A stretch of DNA of 64,000 nt from the human T2T-CHM13v2.0 reference genome, Homo sapiens: assembly GCF_009914755.1 (NCBI RefSeq), contig NC_060926.1; one strand, written 5' to 3'. This document shows positions 1-13,965 of this stretch, in pieces. Under the pieces are notes generated by a model. It was given only the letters and a program-made list of their open reading frames with translations, ran no database searches and had not been told where the DNA came from. Position 1 is the first letter of the stretch; each line of letters begins with the position of its first letter. The position numbers were made by a program, and so were the translations under genes.

Positions 1-189
1 TCTTGAGTCACATACCTACTGAAATACTAAATCCTGTGGCCATGAAAGCAGAGAAAGGAAAGAAATGGCAGTTTCACATGTTCAAAAGGGAAGAGCAGTG
101 GAACAAGAATGGCAGTGGTATTGACTGCAAGGAGTACTAAGCAGATAAAACTAAAAATAACTGCTACCTCATCATTTGCAAAGTACTTT

Positions 190-1370
190 AAGAAAAATGA
201 CAAGTTAGATGTAGTCCCTGTCCATAAAGGAACACACTTTCTGAAAAGGACAACAGATTTATAAATGAGTACCTTTAATACAATGTTACTCATGCAATAA
301 TAAAAGTTGCACATGATTCTCTGGGATCTTAGGGAAGGGCAAACCATCTTTGTTAGGAAAATGATGAATTAGTCAGTGTTCCCTGTGTATGTGTGTGTAT
401 CACATATATATAATATATATGTATATTTTAACATATATATGTGTATTCATATATATTTCATATATATATAAGGGGAGTTTATTAGGAAGAATTGGCTCAC
501 ATGATTGTAAAGCAGAGTAACCTCAATAGGCCCTCTGAAAGCTGGGGAAAGAGAGAAGCTGGTAGAGTGGCTCAATCCAAGTCTAAAAGCCTCAAAACCA
601 GGGAAGCTGTCAGTGTAGCCCTCAGTCTGAGGTTGAAGACCCTTGAGCCCCTGGAAGGTTGCTGGTGCAAGCCCCAGAGTCCAAAGGCCCTAAAACATGT
701 AGTCTGATATCCAAGGGCAGCAGGAGAGGAAGCCAAGAGTTCTGCCCAGCTGCCCAGCATGGGAAGAGAGAGGGAGCAGACTCAGCAAGCAAGCTACGTA
801 TCCCCCTTCTTCCACGTGTTTTGTTCTAGCTGTACTGGCAGCCAACTGGATGGTGCCCATCCACATTGAGGGTGGGTCTTTCTGTTCCAGCCCACTGACT
901 CAAATGATAATCTCCTCTGTCAACACCCTTGCAGACACACCCAGAAACAATGCTTCATCAACCAGCTAGGCATTCCTTGATCTAGTCAAGTTGACACCTA
1001 ATATGACCCATCACACACGGAGATGAGAAGTGACAGGAATGTATATAATGGGATATGGGGATGGTGTTGTCAATAACGTGTTTGCTTTGATAGTTATGTT
1101 TACAATGAATCTTCAATAATATGTAGGATTATGCGAGGTCAACAAATGAAGCAGTTCATTTGGGCAAATGGGACGGCAAAGACAAAAATAACGTGGTTTA
1201 TGAAATGTTAGAGGTTTAACATAGGTCAAGTGAACGGTAAATGCTGGGACTTGCCAGGAGACAGCTGCAAAGATAACCAGGAGCCATATCATGAGGGCTC
1301 TTTGGCCATGATAAAGAGTTTCAAGGAGTCTTGGGAGATTTTAAGTTGTATGTAAAAAATCTGGCTGAGC
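190..1370 (-). mobile_element. Degenerate L2 LINE remnant, interrupted by the MLT2 LTR
   Basis: L2-like motifs 'gtccctgtccataaagga' and 'gagccatatcatgagggctctttggccatgataaagagttt'; boundaries approximate. Confidence 0.45.
365..1015 (-). mobile_element. MLT2 (HERVL) solo LTR with internal (TA/TG)n microsatellite
   Basis: Starts tgaattagtcag, then (TA)n and aaggggagtttatt; ends caagttgacacctaatatgacccatcaca, the reverse complement of the MLT2 5' end. Confidence 0.85.
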
Positions 1371-1529
1371 ATTTGTGTTGGTAAGTAAACATTATTGTGG
1401 AGTAATATTTAAAATGAAAATGGGAAATGCATGGGATTCTCTGGCGTTACTTGCATTTTATACCTGCCTGGGGAATCACCTGAAAGTAGTAACCCCAAGA
1501 TCTAAACGCTCTAAGAATTAATGGCTTAA

Positions 1530-1745
1530 AGTAGTGCTTTCAATCTTTTCCAGATGCTGTGCACATAACAAATAATATTTACACAGCAAGCAGAGACTGC
1601 CTGAGGAGGATATTTGTTGCCAGATGTGCCCAGCACAGGAGTCCTGGCCACTCTAGGTCTCATCTATTTGCCATGAGGGCTGAAGAATATATCCTGTCTC
1701 CTCAGGCTATAACCATTTGCTGCACACTAGTTGAGAAATTGTAGT
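1530..1745. mobile_element. Old non-autonomous hAT-Charlie DNA transposon (MER112/MER113-like)
   Basis: Degenerate termini 'tagtgctttcaatctttt' and 'gcacactagttgagaa'; resembles Charlie MITE consensus. Confidence 0.4.
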
Positions 1746-1983
1746 TTAGAGAACTGAATTAGAGTGGGGACATGATATGTCTTTCCACAGAATAGGAATC
1801 ACTTGTTTTGACAGGTAGTACCAACAATGCTAACGTTTTTAATGGCAGTGAATGACCCCTAAAAGATCTTTCAAGATTTCACATTATGTTCCTCTCAAAA
1901 ACTAGAGAATTTTTATTTAAAAAAATACTTCTTCCACTGGAATGAAATGTGTTTTAAAATGTATGTCTTATTGTTACTCAAGT

Positions 1984-2797
1984 GTGGTGAGGCCAACACA
2001 TCAGAAGACAATTGACATTGAAAAGATAGTTTGTTACGCACAGTTCCAGAGAGGGGGCATATGCTATGTAGGACCATGCAGGGAAGCACCAGGGTTGGTC
2101 AGGAGGCAGAGGGAATGAGGGAAAAATGAAAGCAAGAGCCATTATTGTAGTTTCTGTAGGAAGGAACAGGTAGGGCAGGGTAAGCAGGTTCAGGATTGGC
2201 TAGTTTGAATAACTTCAATGGGCTCTGAAGTGCAGAGGCTGTCTCTAGTTGTCTATTGCCTAGCCCTGGGATGATCAAGACAGGGGGTAGTGGCCCAGAC
2301 AGTGAGAGACCAATAATGAGGTGGCTGGGGTGTGAACTCTGGATTGGTTGCATATGAAAGGCATGTCCCGGCTGGGTGCGGTGGCTCACCCGTGTAATCC
2401 CAGCACTTTGCGAGGCCGAGGCGGGCAGATTACCTGAGGTCAGGAGTTCAAGACCAGCCTGACCAACATGGAGAAACCCCGTCTCTACTAAAAATACAAA
2501 ACTAGCCAGGCATGGTGGCGCATGCCTGTAATCCCAGTCTACTCAGGAGGCTGAGGGAGGAAAATCTCTTGAACCCAGGAGGCAGAGGTTGTGGTGAGCC
2601 AAGATCACACCATTACACTGCACTCCAGCCTGGGGAACAAGAGCAAAACTCCATCTCAAAAAAAAAAAAAAAAAAAAAAGAAAAGCATGTCCCTGGCAAG
2701 TTGTTTGCCATCTCCAGGCACAGTCTCTTCCAGTGTCAGCAAGGCTTCACAATGTGAAAGCATCATAAATACAGAAAACAAAAAGCCATGATTAATG
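1984..2797 (-). mobile_element. MER74/MER73-like ERVL solo LTR, split by an AluSp
   Basis: Runs tgtggtgaggccaac...ggattggctagtttgaataa...aatacagaaaacaaaaagccatgattaat; homologous to 13966-14497 and 57576-58092. Confidence 0.75.
2370..2679 (+). mobile_element. AluSp
   Basis: Full-length Alu with AluSp diagnostics (accaacatggagaaaccc, aacaagagc) and poly-A; TSD gaaa(g/a)gcatgtccc at 2356-2369 and 2680-2693. Confidence 0.95.
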
Positions 2798-5726
2798 TAA
2801 AAAGTAATACTCTTTTACTATATTCAACATTATAACATATAAATTACTGAATTTTCCAAGTGGAATGAAGGAAAAAACTGAGAACTCAGTCATATTTTAG
2901 ATGACAGACGTTGGAAAGAAAGTATGAATAAAACCTTAATAAAAATGTGTTTATAAAGTAATGATAAAAACTCTACAAACCATAAAAATCTTCTTTTTTA
3001 TTGTTTAATGGTGAAAATAGTCCTGATTTGCTGATAAAATGAGCCACTAAAACAGAAAACATTGCATGGAATTAGTGTTTGAAACCTTGATATGCTATCC
3101 ATTGTCTTATGGTAGAAACAATACTTATTCTGAGAAATATTGAAATACATAATTCAAAATAGTGACAGATAATTCTAAAACACTTTGGACATACTTTATG
3201 ATTTTGATGGTCTTTTTTTCTAATATGTTTTGCTTAGGTAAGTTTTAAAATTAACTTTTATTTCCTGAGTACCCAACAGCTGGGTAGCAGAGGTAAATAA
3301 GTAAAAAGCATATTGGGTAAAAGGGGGAAGCTTGTCTGAAACTTACAAATGAACAGGAGTTTTTCATTTCATCTCCATACCAATTATTACTTCACCATAT
3401 GAAGAACTTTAAAACATTGCAAAAAAATTGGAAAATGTAAAATTTTCTGCAGATCCATCAATATACATATAAAGTAAGTTAATAATACAAAGGTATTATT
3501 GTAATGGGAATTATGTTTACATATATAGTCTTACCTTTTCTAATTCTTCGTTTAACTATGTCCCGTAATTAACTTCTGCAATGATTTTATTTTTCATTTT
3601 GTGATTATTTTTTATTCCTCAGATTTTCTAAATAGTACACACATGCCACATATCAACTAGAGATGTAGTCAGAGAAATGCTGCGAACAAATAGTTCTTTG
3701 AACTAAACCCAGACATTTGCATTGAATATGCTGCTTAAAATTCATTTATTCAGTCTCCTAGGCTGTTTAGTGTTGTAGTATGCATATAAAAATTTTCAGT
3801 TTTCTAAAGTGTAGCTAGAAAAATTCTGGATTTATAATGCTCATAATATTTTTACTGGCAACAGATATGCACCACTAAGTGTATTACAAAAACTGTTTGA
3901 ATTTTCATTTCATTTATTTGTTAGAAAGATATAGCCCTTCTGACCACAATTAATTTATGTGCCTTTCTCCAAGTTCTTTTAAAAAAATGTACCTTTATAC
4001 CAATCAATTTAATTTATGGAAAAGATAATTAATCCATTATCATAGACACAATTTATGTTATGTTCTTAGTTGAAGTACTGGGAACTCAATTAATAGAAAC
4101 TTCGTGTTCGTGAAATGGAAAGTTGGAGAAAATGTTGTCCGGTCTCACCAGGGAGAGAATCATCTAAGAATGGTATTAAGAATTTAGGATCTTTTAGACA
4201 TATATCATGATATTCATGATATTCAAAGTTAGATGTTTGAATGTGATTCCCAAGAAGGTGAGATTTTATCAGATGATCATAAGAATGGCAGTGTTGTAGA
4301 TGCAGTTGACTTAGAAAAAGGCACAATATTTTAGAAGTACCATTTAGGCTGAATTGTAGAGAATGTCAAGGAAATTACAGGCGTTCATAGCACAATACCT
4401 CCAATTATGATGAATTTTTAAATTGAATTTGTTTCAAATCTGAATGTATAATATTGTTAATGCAAATGTTTTATTTGTAATGACAGAGATGGAAATGTCA
4501 TGTTAGATCATCTCCTGCCAATGCAAAACAGACTCCTGAAGTCTGCTTATAATGACTTTGTTCATACTGGTTTAACATTGCTGCATCAAATGGAATAGTA
4601 TTAAGAAAAGTCTATTTTAATGTAGAAGTTACTTTGATTTGACTGTCCTATTAAAAATACCAGTAGAGTCAAATGTCATTATTATGATTTTCAGATAACC
4701 CAATTACGTATGAGGAGACTCAGTAGAGGTGTCAAAACCAAAAGCAATCCTGTTATGTCTGATAAACTGTCTGTATAACACTCAAAGTGCTTTATGAATC
4801 TTTGATGCTATTTAGGTTGATATGTAAATTATCTAGCCCAGCATGTACAGAGTCACTGTGCAGCAACACCAAAGATCAAAAGCAATGTCAGCTCTTAGTC
4901 TATTCAACTTCAAAGACTAATAAAAAATGAAGAAAGTTAAGTGAAAAGTATTTTATATTTAATACAAGAAATCCTTTAAAAATATAAGGCATACAATCCT
5001 GGTTCAACTGAAGACATTCTAGTGGGTTTACAATGTCTCTAGCTAGTTTACACTGCAGCCCCTCATGACTTCTCAGTACCCATGAAGATACAGATCAAGA
5101 GGAATTCTGACAGTGCAGTTGCAATATGAAACTGACATTTAACCCATTGCCAAAATCTGGGAGGAATTTTCAGTAACTGCAAGAACTATGAAAAGGGATT
5201 TTAAAGTGCAGGAAATAGACTCCTAATCTTATGCTGTTTTATTTTGATTTTGTCTACTTCAAAGGAGTAGAAAAATGATTTTTTTTTCTCCTTCAGATCT
5301 CCTTGTCACCCTTTCCCACCAGACACACACAGTTCAGAGAGATTGAGCCAAAACAACAACAACAAAAACCCGGAGGCAAGACTAAATTATGATTTTGGTG
5401 TCTCTTCCTCAATGACCCAGCCTTGATCCCCCTATTTCACCATCCACACCTGCTTCCCAGCCCACATACCCACTGTAAAGGAGGTTGAAGGGTTATTAGG
5501 CAGAAGAAGGGTGGTGGTGTATATACTGGCAGTAGCATGGGAAAATGTGGTCAGCACAAGTCAAGTGCCATGGAAGAGATGCCTAGAGTCATGGCATCAG
5601 TTCTTTCTGTGACTTGTGTTCCTGACTGCACTGTGAAGACTATTAGAGAGCCAGTGAGTGGGAGGCAATAGAAGTCTCACTTCAGAAGAAAGGAAGCTCA
5701 CTAGATTGAAAAGATGCTAGCATTGA

Positions 5727-6049
<323 letters not shown>

Positions 6050-6119
6050 GCGAAAAATGTGTTTATTTACTTGTGATAACATTGTAGATCATAGAGGAAG
6101 ATAGTATCAGGACAAGGTG

Positions 6120-6469
6120 TCTGTTAGTCTGTTCTCACTCTGCTATGAAGAAATACCTGGGACTGGGTAATTTATAAGAAAAGAAGTTTAATTGACTCAC
6201 AGATCCACATGGCTAGGGAGGCCTAGGAAACTTACAATCATGGCAGAAGGCACCTCCTCACAGGGCGGCAGGAGAGAAATGAGTGCAGAGCGAAGGGGGA
6301 AGCCTCTTATAAAACCATCAGATCTCGTGAGAACTCACTATCATGAGAACAGCATGGGAGAAACTGCTCCTATAATTCAATTATCTCCACCTGGTCCCAT
6401 CCTTGATACGTGGGGATTATTACAATGCAAGGCGAGATTTGGGAGGGAACACAGAGCCAAGCCATATTA
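6120..6469 (-). mobile_element. THE1 (MaLR) solo LTR, THE1C/D-like
   Basis: Typical THE1 body; 5-bp TSD aggtg at 6115-6119 and 6470-6474. Confidence 0.9.
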
Positions 6470-6479
6470 AGGTGGGAAA

Positions 6480-7460
6480 AGTTTAATTTAGTCTTTGCTA
6501 TCACTAAATGTTTACTATAATAAATGTTGAGAATCTGGATAGAGATGACTTACTCAATGTTGAGGATCTGAAAAGAAAAAAAATTCACGATGGATACTAT
6601 AAGAAATTACCTGGGAAAGAAAGACCTGGGCTCAAAAAGTAGTCCTAAGAATTAAATTTTAGAAAAATGATTAACATCCCTCGTATGATGCCAATGACAT
6701 TTTTGTTAGGAGCTGAGATGAAAGGATAAGATAAAAAGTGAGATTTCTGAAGTAAAAAGTAATTAAAAAGAGCTAAAAATTCAATATCTAGATTAAAATT
6801 CACGTTGAGGACAGTAAAAGACAGATTTGACACTGCAGAAAATTGAACTGGTAATGTGAACAATGATTAGTTCTCTCAGAATGTAGAGAAAAAAGCACAA
6901 TAATAAAAAAGATGTGGAGGAAGATCATAGATACGAGATGCCAAAAATGGAAAGCCAATCTCAAAATTACACATGCTCTGAGGAACATACTAGAATGATT
7001 GAATCAGAAGCACCAAAGATACAATTGATGAAAAATTTCCTGGATTTACAATGCTGGTTGAAAGAGTTTGCTGTGTTCCAGGCAAAAAATAGTACTGAAA
7101 AACCTATAGCTAGGGACATCTTGGCAATTAAAAAAAAATTCCTATAGAGTAGCATTATATTTCAAAAGCATTGAAGTCATTAAAGCAGCTTATTTGTAAC
7201 AGAAAAAAAATTATGATGATACTTGATGAATCCCCTGCTATACATGCAGGAAGGTAATGAAACCATCAACTTATACTAATTTTCTATAAAATATGGAGGG
7301 AGAAAGATTGTAGCCCAAGGATCTTACATAAAACCAAGGTATTCTATCATGAATAAAGGTAGCAAATATCAGAAAATATATCATCCATATATTTTGAGAT
7401 GTAACATGAAAATGTATATCAGCAAACCAAAAGACAAATCAAAATTAAGACTTCAAAAAT
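6480..7460 (+). mobile_element. Ancient L1 ORF1-like / HAL1 remnant
   Basis: A-rich degenerate ORF1-like sequence (gaaaaatttcctgga..., cccaaggatcttacata...) with multiple stops. Confidence 0.55.
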
Positions 7461-7569
7461 GACAGTGGAATATAAAAAAGTATTTAGAGATCTCCCTTTA
7501 TCTTTTGTGAAATCCAAATTCAGTAATTCCGTGAAATTTGCAGCATTCATCAACATCTAGTTCAAAAGG

Positions 7570-7755
7570 GCTTTCTTAGCAACACAGGTTCTGAAGTTAG
7601 ACTGTCTTGGTTAAATCTGGGTGCTGAAAATTTGTTTCCAAGGGAAAGACACTTAACCTATCTATGCATTAGTTTCTTTATATGTAAAATGGGCATAACA
7701 TTAGTATCTGTTTTGAGGAATCATAAAAATTAAATAAGTCAAGGCACATTGATGT
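7570..7755 (+). mobile_element. MIR
   Basis: MIR core acttaacc...agtttctttatatgtaaaatggg. Confidence 0.7.
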
Positions 7756-7874
7756 TAGCTATTCTTATTTCCAGATTTTAAAATAACACTCATATTATTA
7801 TATATTTCTATGTGTGTAAATTAGAGAAATGAATTTGCAAAACAACTAATCTTCTTGTTGATTCTGATGGAAAG

Positions 7875-8200
7875 AATATAGTATACTGTTTAAGGAACAA
7901 CCAGACACAGCATGAATCCCTTCTCTGTCACTTTTTTATAGTGTGTATTTGGATAAGTTACTGAATATCTGTGAACCTCAACTGTTTTCATTTGTGAAAT
8001 GGGGGAAAATATTTAATGTACAGATAGAGTGACCAACAGGTCCTGGTTTGTTCTGGACATTTTCAGTTTTTACACTGAAACTCCTGTGTTCTCAGTCCCA
8101 GACAAACTGGGACCATTGGTCACTCTCTTATAGGATTGTTAAAAATCTCAAAAGTGCTTAGCATATGACCTGAAAACATAAATGTTCAAGAAATGTTATG
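7875..8200 (+). mobile_element. MIR, interrupted by MER81
   Basis: Core ggataagttactgaatatctgtgaacctc...tgtgaaatggg; resumes at ataggattgtt. Confidence 0.65.
8025..8127. mobile_element. MER81 (hAT-Blackjack MITE)
   Basis: Terminal inverted repeats agagtgaccaa / ttggtcactct; about 100 bp. Confidence 0.8.
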
Positions 8201-8222
8201 TTATTTATTTTTCGAAGGAACA

Positions 8223-8338
8223 AGTTTTCAAAATCCAGTATTTTTCTTAAACTTACAGCACATATCAGTTTAGACTAGCCACATTACAAGTACTCAATGG
8301 CCACACATGGCCAGTGGGTACCACGTTGGACAGCACAG
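8223..8338. mobile_element. MER3 (hAT-Charlie) fragment
   Basis: acttacagcacat...gactagccacatt...ttggacagcacag. Confidence 0.75.
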
Positions 8339-9791
8339 TTCTAGACAGATGCTGGAATAAGTTGAAGAAGAGAAGGGTATTGCCACAAAATTGTTATTTT
8401 CTGTTTTCTAAGAAGATGATGATTATTTTTTCTCTCTTATTTCATACTCGCTCACAATTTCCAAATTTATAAATTCTTTTGTCAAGTAAAATATTGCAGT
8501 TAGGCGATGAAATAAAGAGCTGTTACTTTATCTCATATTTGGAATTATCTACATTAATAAAAACTTATATGTATGTAAAGTTTTATTCAACCATTTTCCT
8601 CAGGGAAATCAGGACAAAATGCATAGTGGTAGGAAAGCCTATGGCTTATGCCGTTTTATTGCTCACTTATTTTTAAATGGTTGAAACTTAGCCTATATTC
8701 ACATTCTCCTGTGCTAGAGAGCTACTTTGAATTTCTGATCACTCTTTGTTTTGTCTGAAAAGAATGTTTGCCCAAGATATTATTAAACACAATATGAAAT
8801 ACAAAACTTTGGTAGTTAAAGTTTAATGCTTCCAAATATCTCTATCAGTTGCTGACACCCTAGAATATTATGAGTAGGTCATAGAGATACTTGCTTTGTG
8901 ATCTTAATGGATATCAGTGACTTGTAAAACTTTTTCTAAGCCGTTACGAAATATTAGACACTCTGCCTTTGGTTTATGGGCTCCACATAGATTATATAGT
9001 CAATAATAACAAAATTAAATAATGCAGGCAATTGGGTCTTGTCTTCCTCTAGTACTGAGTCCTGATTAGAAAACAAAAAGAAGATAGCCTTTTTCTTTTT
9101 TTCTTTCTTAATATCCCATAGCCTCCAATTATGCCCACTGAATGAAACCAGGAGAGCTAGTTCAAACTAGATTTAGTTTTTCCTACATAGTATTTCTGGA
9201 CATGTTCAGTGAAAATCATTGTTATATGATGATCCAAAAAAAGTCTATTCTCTGATTATTTTTGATTGTTTTAACTAAAAGTAAAAGGAGGCAGACCATC
9301 TGGCAAAGGGTGGCAAGTTATATCACAAATGCCAACCATAATTGATTATTAGCAGCTGTAAGAAGGCTCTGCTAAGGAGAACTGTGAGGTCTGGTGCAAT
9401 TCTCTGTGAAAAATCATCTAAAGATATCTGCAAGGGCTGTGGGAAGTGGAGGCACATATGCACATCCCAACCTCTCATTAACAGTAAACTTCACAAAGAT
9501 GAAACAGAAATCATTATTTCAGCAGACTGTCTGGAGCAGTAAGCAGCATTGAGAAAAACGGGGTCAGTCAGTTGCTAAGCCTAAAGGAAATGTTGCCTTT
9601 GGAATTCTCCAAAAAGATGTAGAATTCTGGCCCATAGGCTCACAGGTGCCAACCTTAAGGAAGCAGCTTGCTTGAGCATACTGTAGGTGCCAGTGTATCT
9701 GTTTTTATTATAACCAGTGGACACTAGCAGAGTGTGGAATGATGATGACAAAGAAGACCAATGTTAAAAAGTGGAAATCTCATAAAATATC

Positions 9792-10175
9792 TGATACGGT
9801 TAGGCTTTGTGTCCCCACCCAAATCTCATCTTGAATTGTAATCCCCAGGTGATGTAGGAAAGACCTGGTGGGAGGTGATTGGATTATGGGGGCGGTTTCC
9901 CACACGCTGTTCTCATGATAGTGAGAGAATTCTCATGAGATCTGATGGTTTTATAAATGGTAGTTTCTCCTACGTTTGCACACACACACTTTCTCTCTCT
10001 CTCTCTTGCCTGCCGCCGCATAAGATGGACATGCTTGCTTCCCCTTCTGCCATGATTGTAAGTTTCCTGAGGCCTCCCCAGCCATGTGGAACTGTGAGTC
10101 AATTAAACCTCTTTCCTTTATAAATTACCCAGTCTCAGGAAGTTTTTTATAGCAGTGTGAGAATGGACTAATACA
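9792..10175 (+). mobile_element. THE1 (MaLR) solo LTR, THE1D-like
   Basis: tgatacggttaggctttgtgtccccacc...ggactaataca; perfect TSD atatc at 9787-9791 and 10176-10180. Confidence 0.92.
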
Positions 10176-10808
10176 ATATCATAGTTACATCAAAGACAGT
10201 ATCAAAATATTCTAAAGTCAGTTTTATCAACATTTCAGTGGGAGAAGGTTATATTTGGATCTTCTTATAAAAAGATAATATTTGAAATGCATAATTATAG
10301 ACTATAAGAAATATAAGTGATTTTGCTAGTTTAACCCCATCATTTAACAAATAGACAAACAATCCAAGGAAGACGGCTGAAATTCAATGTCTAAGAGTTT
10401 CATGTGGATCAGAACAGTGTCCAGAGGTAAGGCCTCTCAGTTCTAACAGGGATCAGAATCTGAACATCAGAGGCCTTCTGGACCCAGTAGAGGCTATTTA
10501 TTTCATTTTACTTCCTATGGGTAGAACTTTCCTAAAACTATTTTGGGCAGGTAGCTTTTCATCATCTTTAAAAAGCTCTGTAACTTTCTGTTGCTTCTAT
10601 TAAATAAATGTAAAAGGAGAATAATTGTATTCTTTATCTTTTGCTGTTCTTCCACTTAACTCCTTTCCTGGAACCTCCTTTTTTGGGAGGAAATCCATTA
10701 ACATATTTCATATATTACCTTTTTTTTGATATACAAAGAATTTATACAGTCATATTTTTGGTAAGAAAAATCCATAACTAATAAAAGTTTCCTATTTGTC
10801 AGACATAA

Positions 10809-11144
<336 letters not shown>

Positions 11145-11204
11145 TAGCCCTCTCTTTATTCTATTGCATCTTAAAGTCTAGTGGCTGGATGACTCAGTGG
11201 AAAA

Positions 11205-11302
11205 AAAAACAAACATTAATCATAATTGTATGTAAAACTTAAACAATTTTGGGAAAAACAAACATTAATCATGATTATATGTAAAACTTAATCAATTTTG
11301 GG
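11205..11302. repeat. 49-bp tandem duplication (2 copies)
   Basis: aaaaacaaacattaatcat...aattttggg twice, 3 mismatches. Confidence 0.9.
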
Positions 11303-11344
11303 AGCACTTTCAAATGTTTTGATTTTAGCCAAGAGTTTATATAT

Positions 11345-11900
11345 TTTTTTCATTCACTAAACATTTTTGAAAACCTACAATATGAACTAGGCACAGTTAA
11401 GAATTGAGCATGGAATGCTTACAAAATGCTCCTAATTTGGTTGGTATAAATATATAAATACAGCTAAAAATGATATATTTTATATAAATAACATGGACAA
11501 TGAGCCATTTGAGTACAGACAATGTAGTTCAGGAAGACCTCATGGATGAGGTGAATTTTGAGGTCTGTAGAGAATTCCCAAGGAGGACAAGACATAACAG
11601 TGAAGGGGCACAGGCAAAAGCAAGGAGACATGATGCAGTGTGTCATTTTTCAGGAAAATAATAGCCTGGTATCACTGAAGTACAGTGTGTAAGGGACAGG
11701 GTGTCAGAGAATGGTCCTAGAAAAGTATATTGTGTGCTAGGACTGTACCCTTAAGACATGGATAGTCATCACAATTTTTTAAACAAGGAAGTAGTATAGT
11801 GAGATCTTTATTTACAAAGATAATACTAGTGGCAACATGGAGGATAGTTTGGAGAGGAAAGAGCTCACAGATAGCAGGGAACTGGAGTTGAAAGATTTAA
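11345..11900 (-). mobile_element. L2 3' region
   Basis: cattcactaaacatttttga...ctaggcacag followed by typical L2 antisense sequence. Confidence 0.65.
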
Positions 11901-11989
11901 GGAACAAGGCATTGTTCAGGGTCCCATGATCCCTTATATTTGCTTCACTTTTTTTTTTTTCTTTTCCTACTGGTTCTCTTTACCTATAC

Positions 11990-12523
11990 ATTATCCCAAT
12001 TCCTTAACAGAGCTTACAGAGCAGATCTGCCACCTGCCTGCCAATTGAGCGGGAACCAGCCTCACTCTTTCCAATCACCCCCAAGCTCCAGCATGCTGTT
12101 TCTCCTTCCATTACACCTACGTTGCAAACTCCTCTCTGCCTCAGGGAGGCAGGGTCTCCTGTTTGAACTGGGTCTCCTGTCTGAACTGTTTATTTCCTCC
12201 CCTTTTGCATGGCCAACTATTTATTAAGTTGCAGGTTAGTGTTACTTCCTTGAGGGATTCCTTCTCTATATTTTCTTTCCTCAAAACACTCATGCATGCA
12301 CAAGCATATACTATCGCCAGTCTTTTCATGTTCCTTCACAGTCCTCCTTTGCTATGAGGTGATTAAAAAAAAGAAAAAAAAAAAAAAGCCTAGCCTAGAC
12401 TTTTGAAATAGATACTCATGCGATTGTTTGCTTGTTGCCACTCTCCCTCACCAGAAAAGATTTGGATTGTGCATGTGTTGCTTATTGCTTTATGTGCTCA
12501 GTAAATATTTTTGAATAAATGAA
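11990..12523 (+). mobile_element. L2 3' end remnant
   Basis: Ends gtgctcagtaaatatttttgaataaatgaa (L2 tail). Confidence 0.55.
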
Positions 12524-13304
12524 CGTACCTAGCAGTGTAATAGCTACACAGCATTATTGCCCAGCACCAACTAGCTGCAGTTGTTACATCTGTGAGATGG
12601 AGAAGAGAGAGAGGGAGAGAGAAGAGAAAAGTTCTAATTGGTTTGGTCACCATTTGGTCATCATATTTTTTTATTTGAGGCTAAAGGTGTCAGGAATATT
12701 GGGTGTGATGATCATTCAGCAAGAACTGTGGACATTGACAGATTTAGTGACACTGGGCGTGGACGTGACAGATTCCTCAAAGTAGACTTAACATGTTAAT
12801 AACCAGATAAGCAGAGATAAGAAATTCATAGATAGATCTGCAGAGGGCATTTAAGAATGAAAAGCAAACAATAGCAAGGGAGAAGGACTGACCAGGAACA
12901 AATATAGGCCCCAAATTGTTTGGAGTATACTCACTGTGTCCTTGTGAGTCAACATTATAATGCTGCCATTTGAAATTTCAGTGACTAGACTATGTTAATA
13001 AGAAGATATTATGTAACCATTTCTAATAGTCATCATTCACCATAATATATATCTTCTAGGCTTCTTTATCTTCAAATGGTGGAAGAGATAATGATTGATG
13101 TAACAGTGAATAACAGAAATTAATACTTTGAAAAGTAAATGTAACAGAATAACCCAGAGAGTCCAAAGAGAAGAATATTGAGGAAAGATGTGATCCCTCT
13201 TTGATTTAGAAATAGTTAGTATACACGGAATATTAATAAAAAAGTTTTTGTCACTACCATGAAACAAGAGGAAGCAGGGTTAAATTGTTACAATTATCAA
13301 CAAG

Positions 13305-13421
13305 ATTATAAGCATGCAGGTAAGGACGTTTGTTGTGCGTTCACCAATACTGTCCCAATGCCTGACACAGGGCTTGGCAATAGGTACTGTTCAATTAATG
13401 TAAGCTGAATAAATGAATGAA
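13305..13421 (+). mobile_element. L2 3' end
   Basis: cccaatgcctgacacagggcttggca...tgaataaatgaatgaa. Confidence 0.65.
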
Positions 13422-13552
13422 AGTGTTGGTTATTTAGTCCCCATATGCATGTACTTCTATAGAAATAATATCAAACAAAATAGATGATATTTGAGTGTTT
13501 GTAATGTGAGGCACTCTTCTAAGACATTCTTATGTAAAACTCATTGAATATA

Positions 13553-13908
13553 GGCCGGGCACAGTGGCTCACACCTGTAATCCCAGCACTTTGGTTTGGG
13601 AGGCCGAGATGGGCGGATCACCTGAGGTTAGGAGTTTGAGACCAGCCTAGCTTACGTGGAGAAACCCCGTCTCCACTAAAACAAACAAACAAACAAACAA
13701 ACAAACAAACAAACAAATTAGCCAGGCGTGGTGGTGCGTGCCTGTATTCCCAGCCAGGCGTGGTGGTGCGTGCCTCCTCGGGAGGCTGAGGCAAGAGAAT
13801 CACTTGAATCTGGGAGGCAGAGGTTGCAGTGAGCCAAGATCATGCCACTGCACTCCAGCCAGGATGACAGAGTGAGACTCTGTCTCAGAAAAAAACAAAA
13901 CAAAACAA
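13553..13908 (+). mobile_element. AluS (Sp-like left arm) with (AAAC)n linker and internal duplication, inserted in a MIR
   Basis: Alu body; TSD aaaact(c/a)attgaatat at 13536-13551 and 13909-13924. Confidence 0.93.
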
Positions 13909-13965
13909 AAAACTAATTGAATATTTACAACACATTTGAAAATGTCGATTCTATTACTATCCAAG

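Noticed and set aside
27-347. 106-aa hydrophobic ORF on minus
   Set aside because: AT-rich, partly overlaps an L2 remnant, and has no recognisable homology.
6120-10175. THE1 LTR pair as one element
   Set aside because: Opposite orientations and separate TSDs (aggtg vs atatc).
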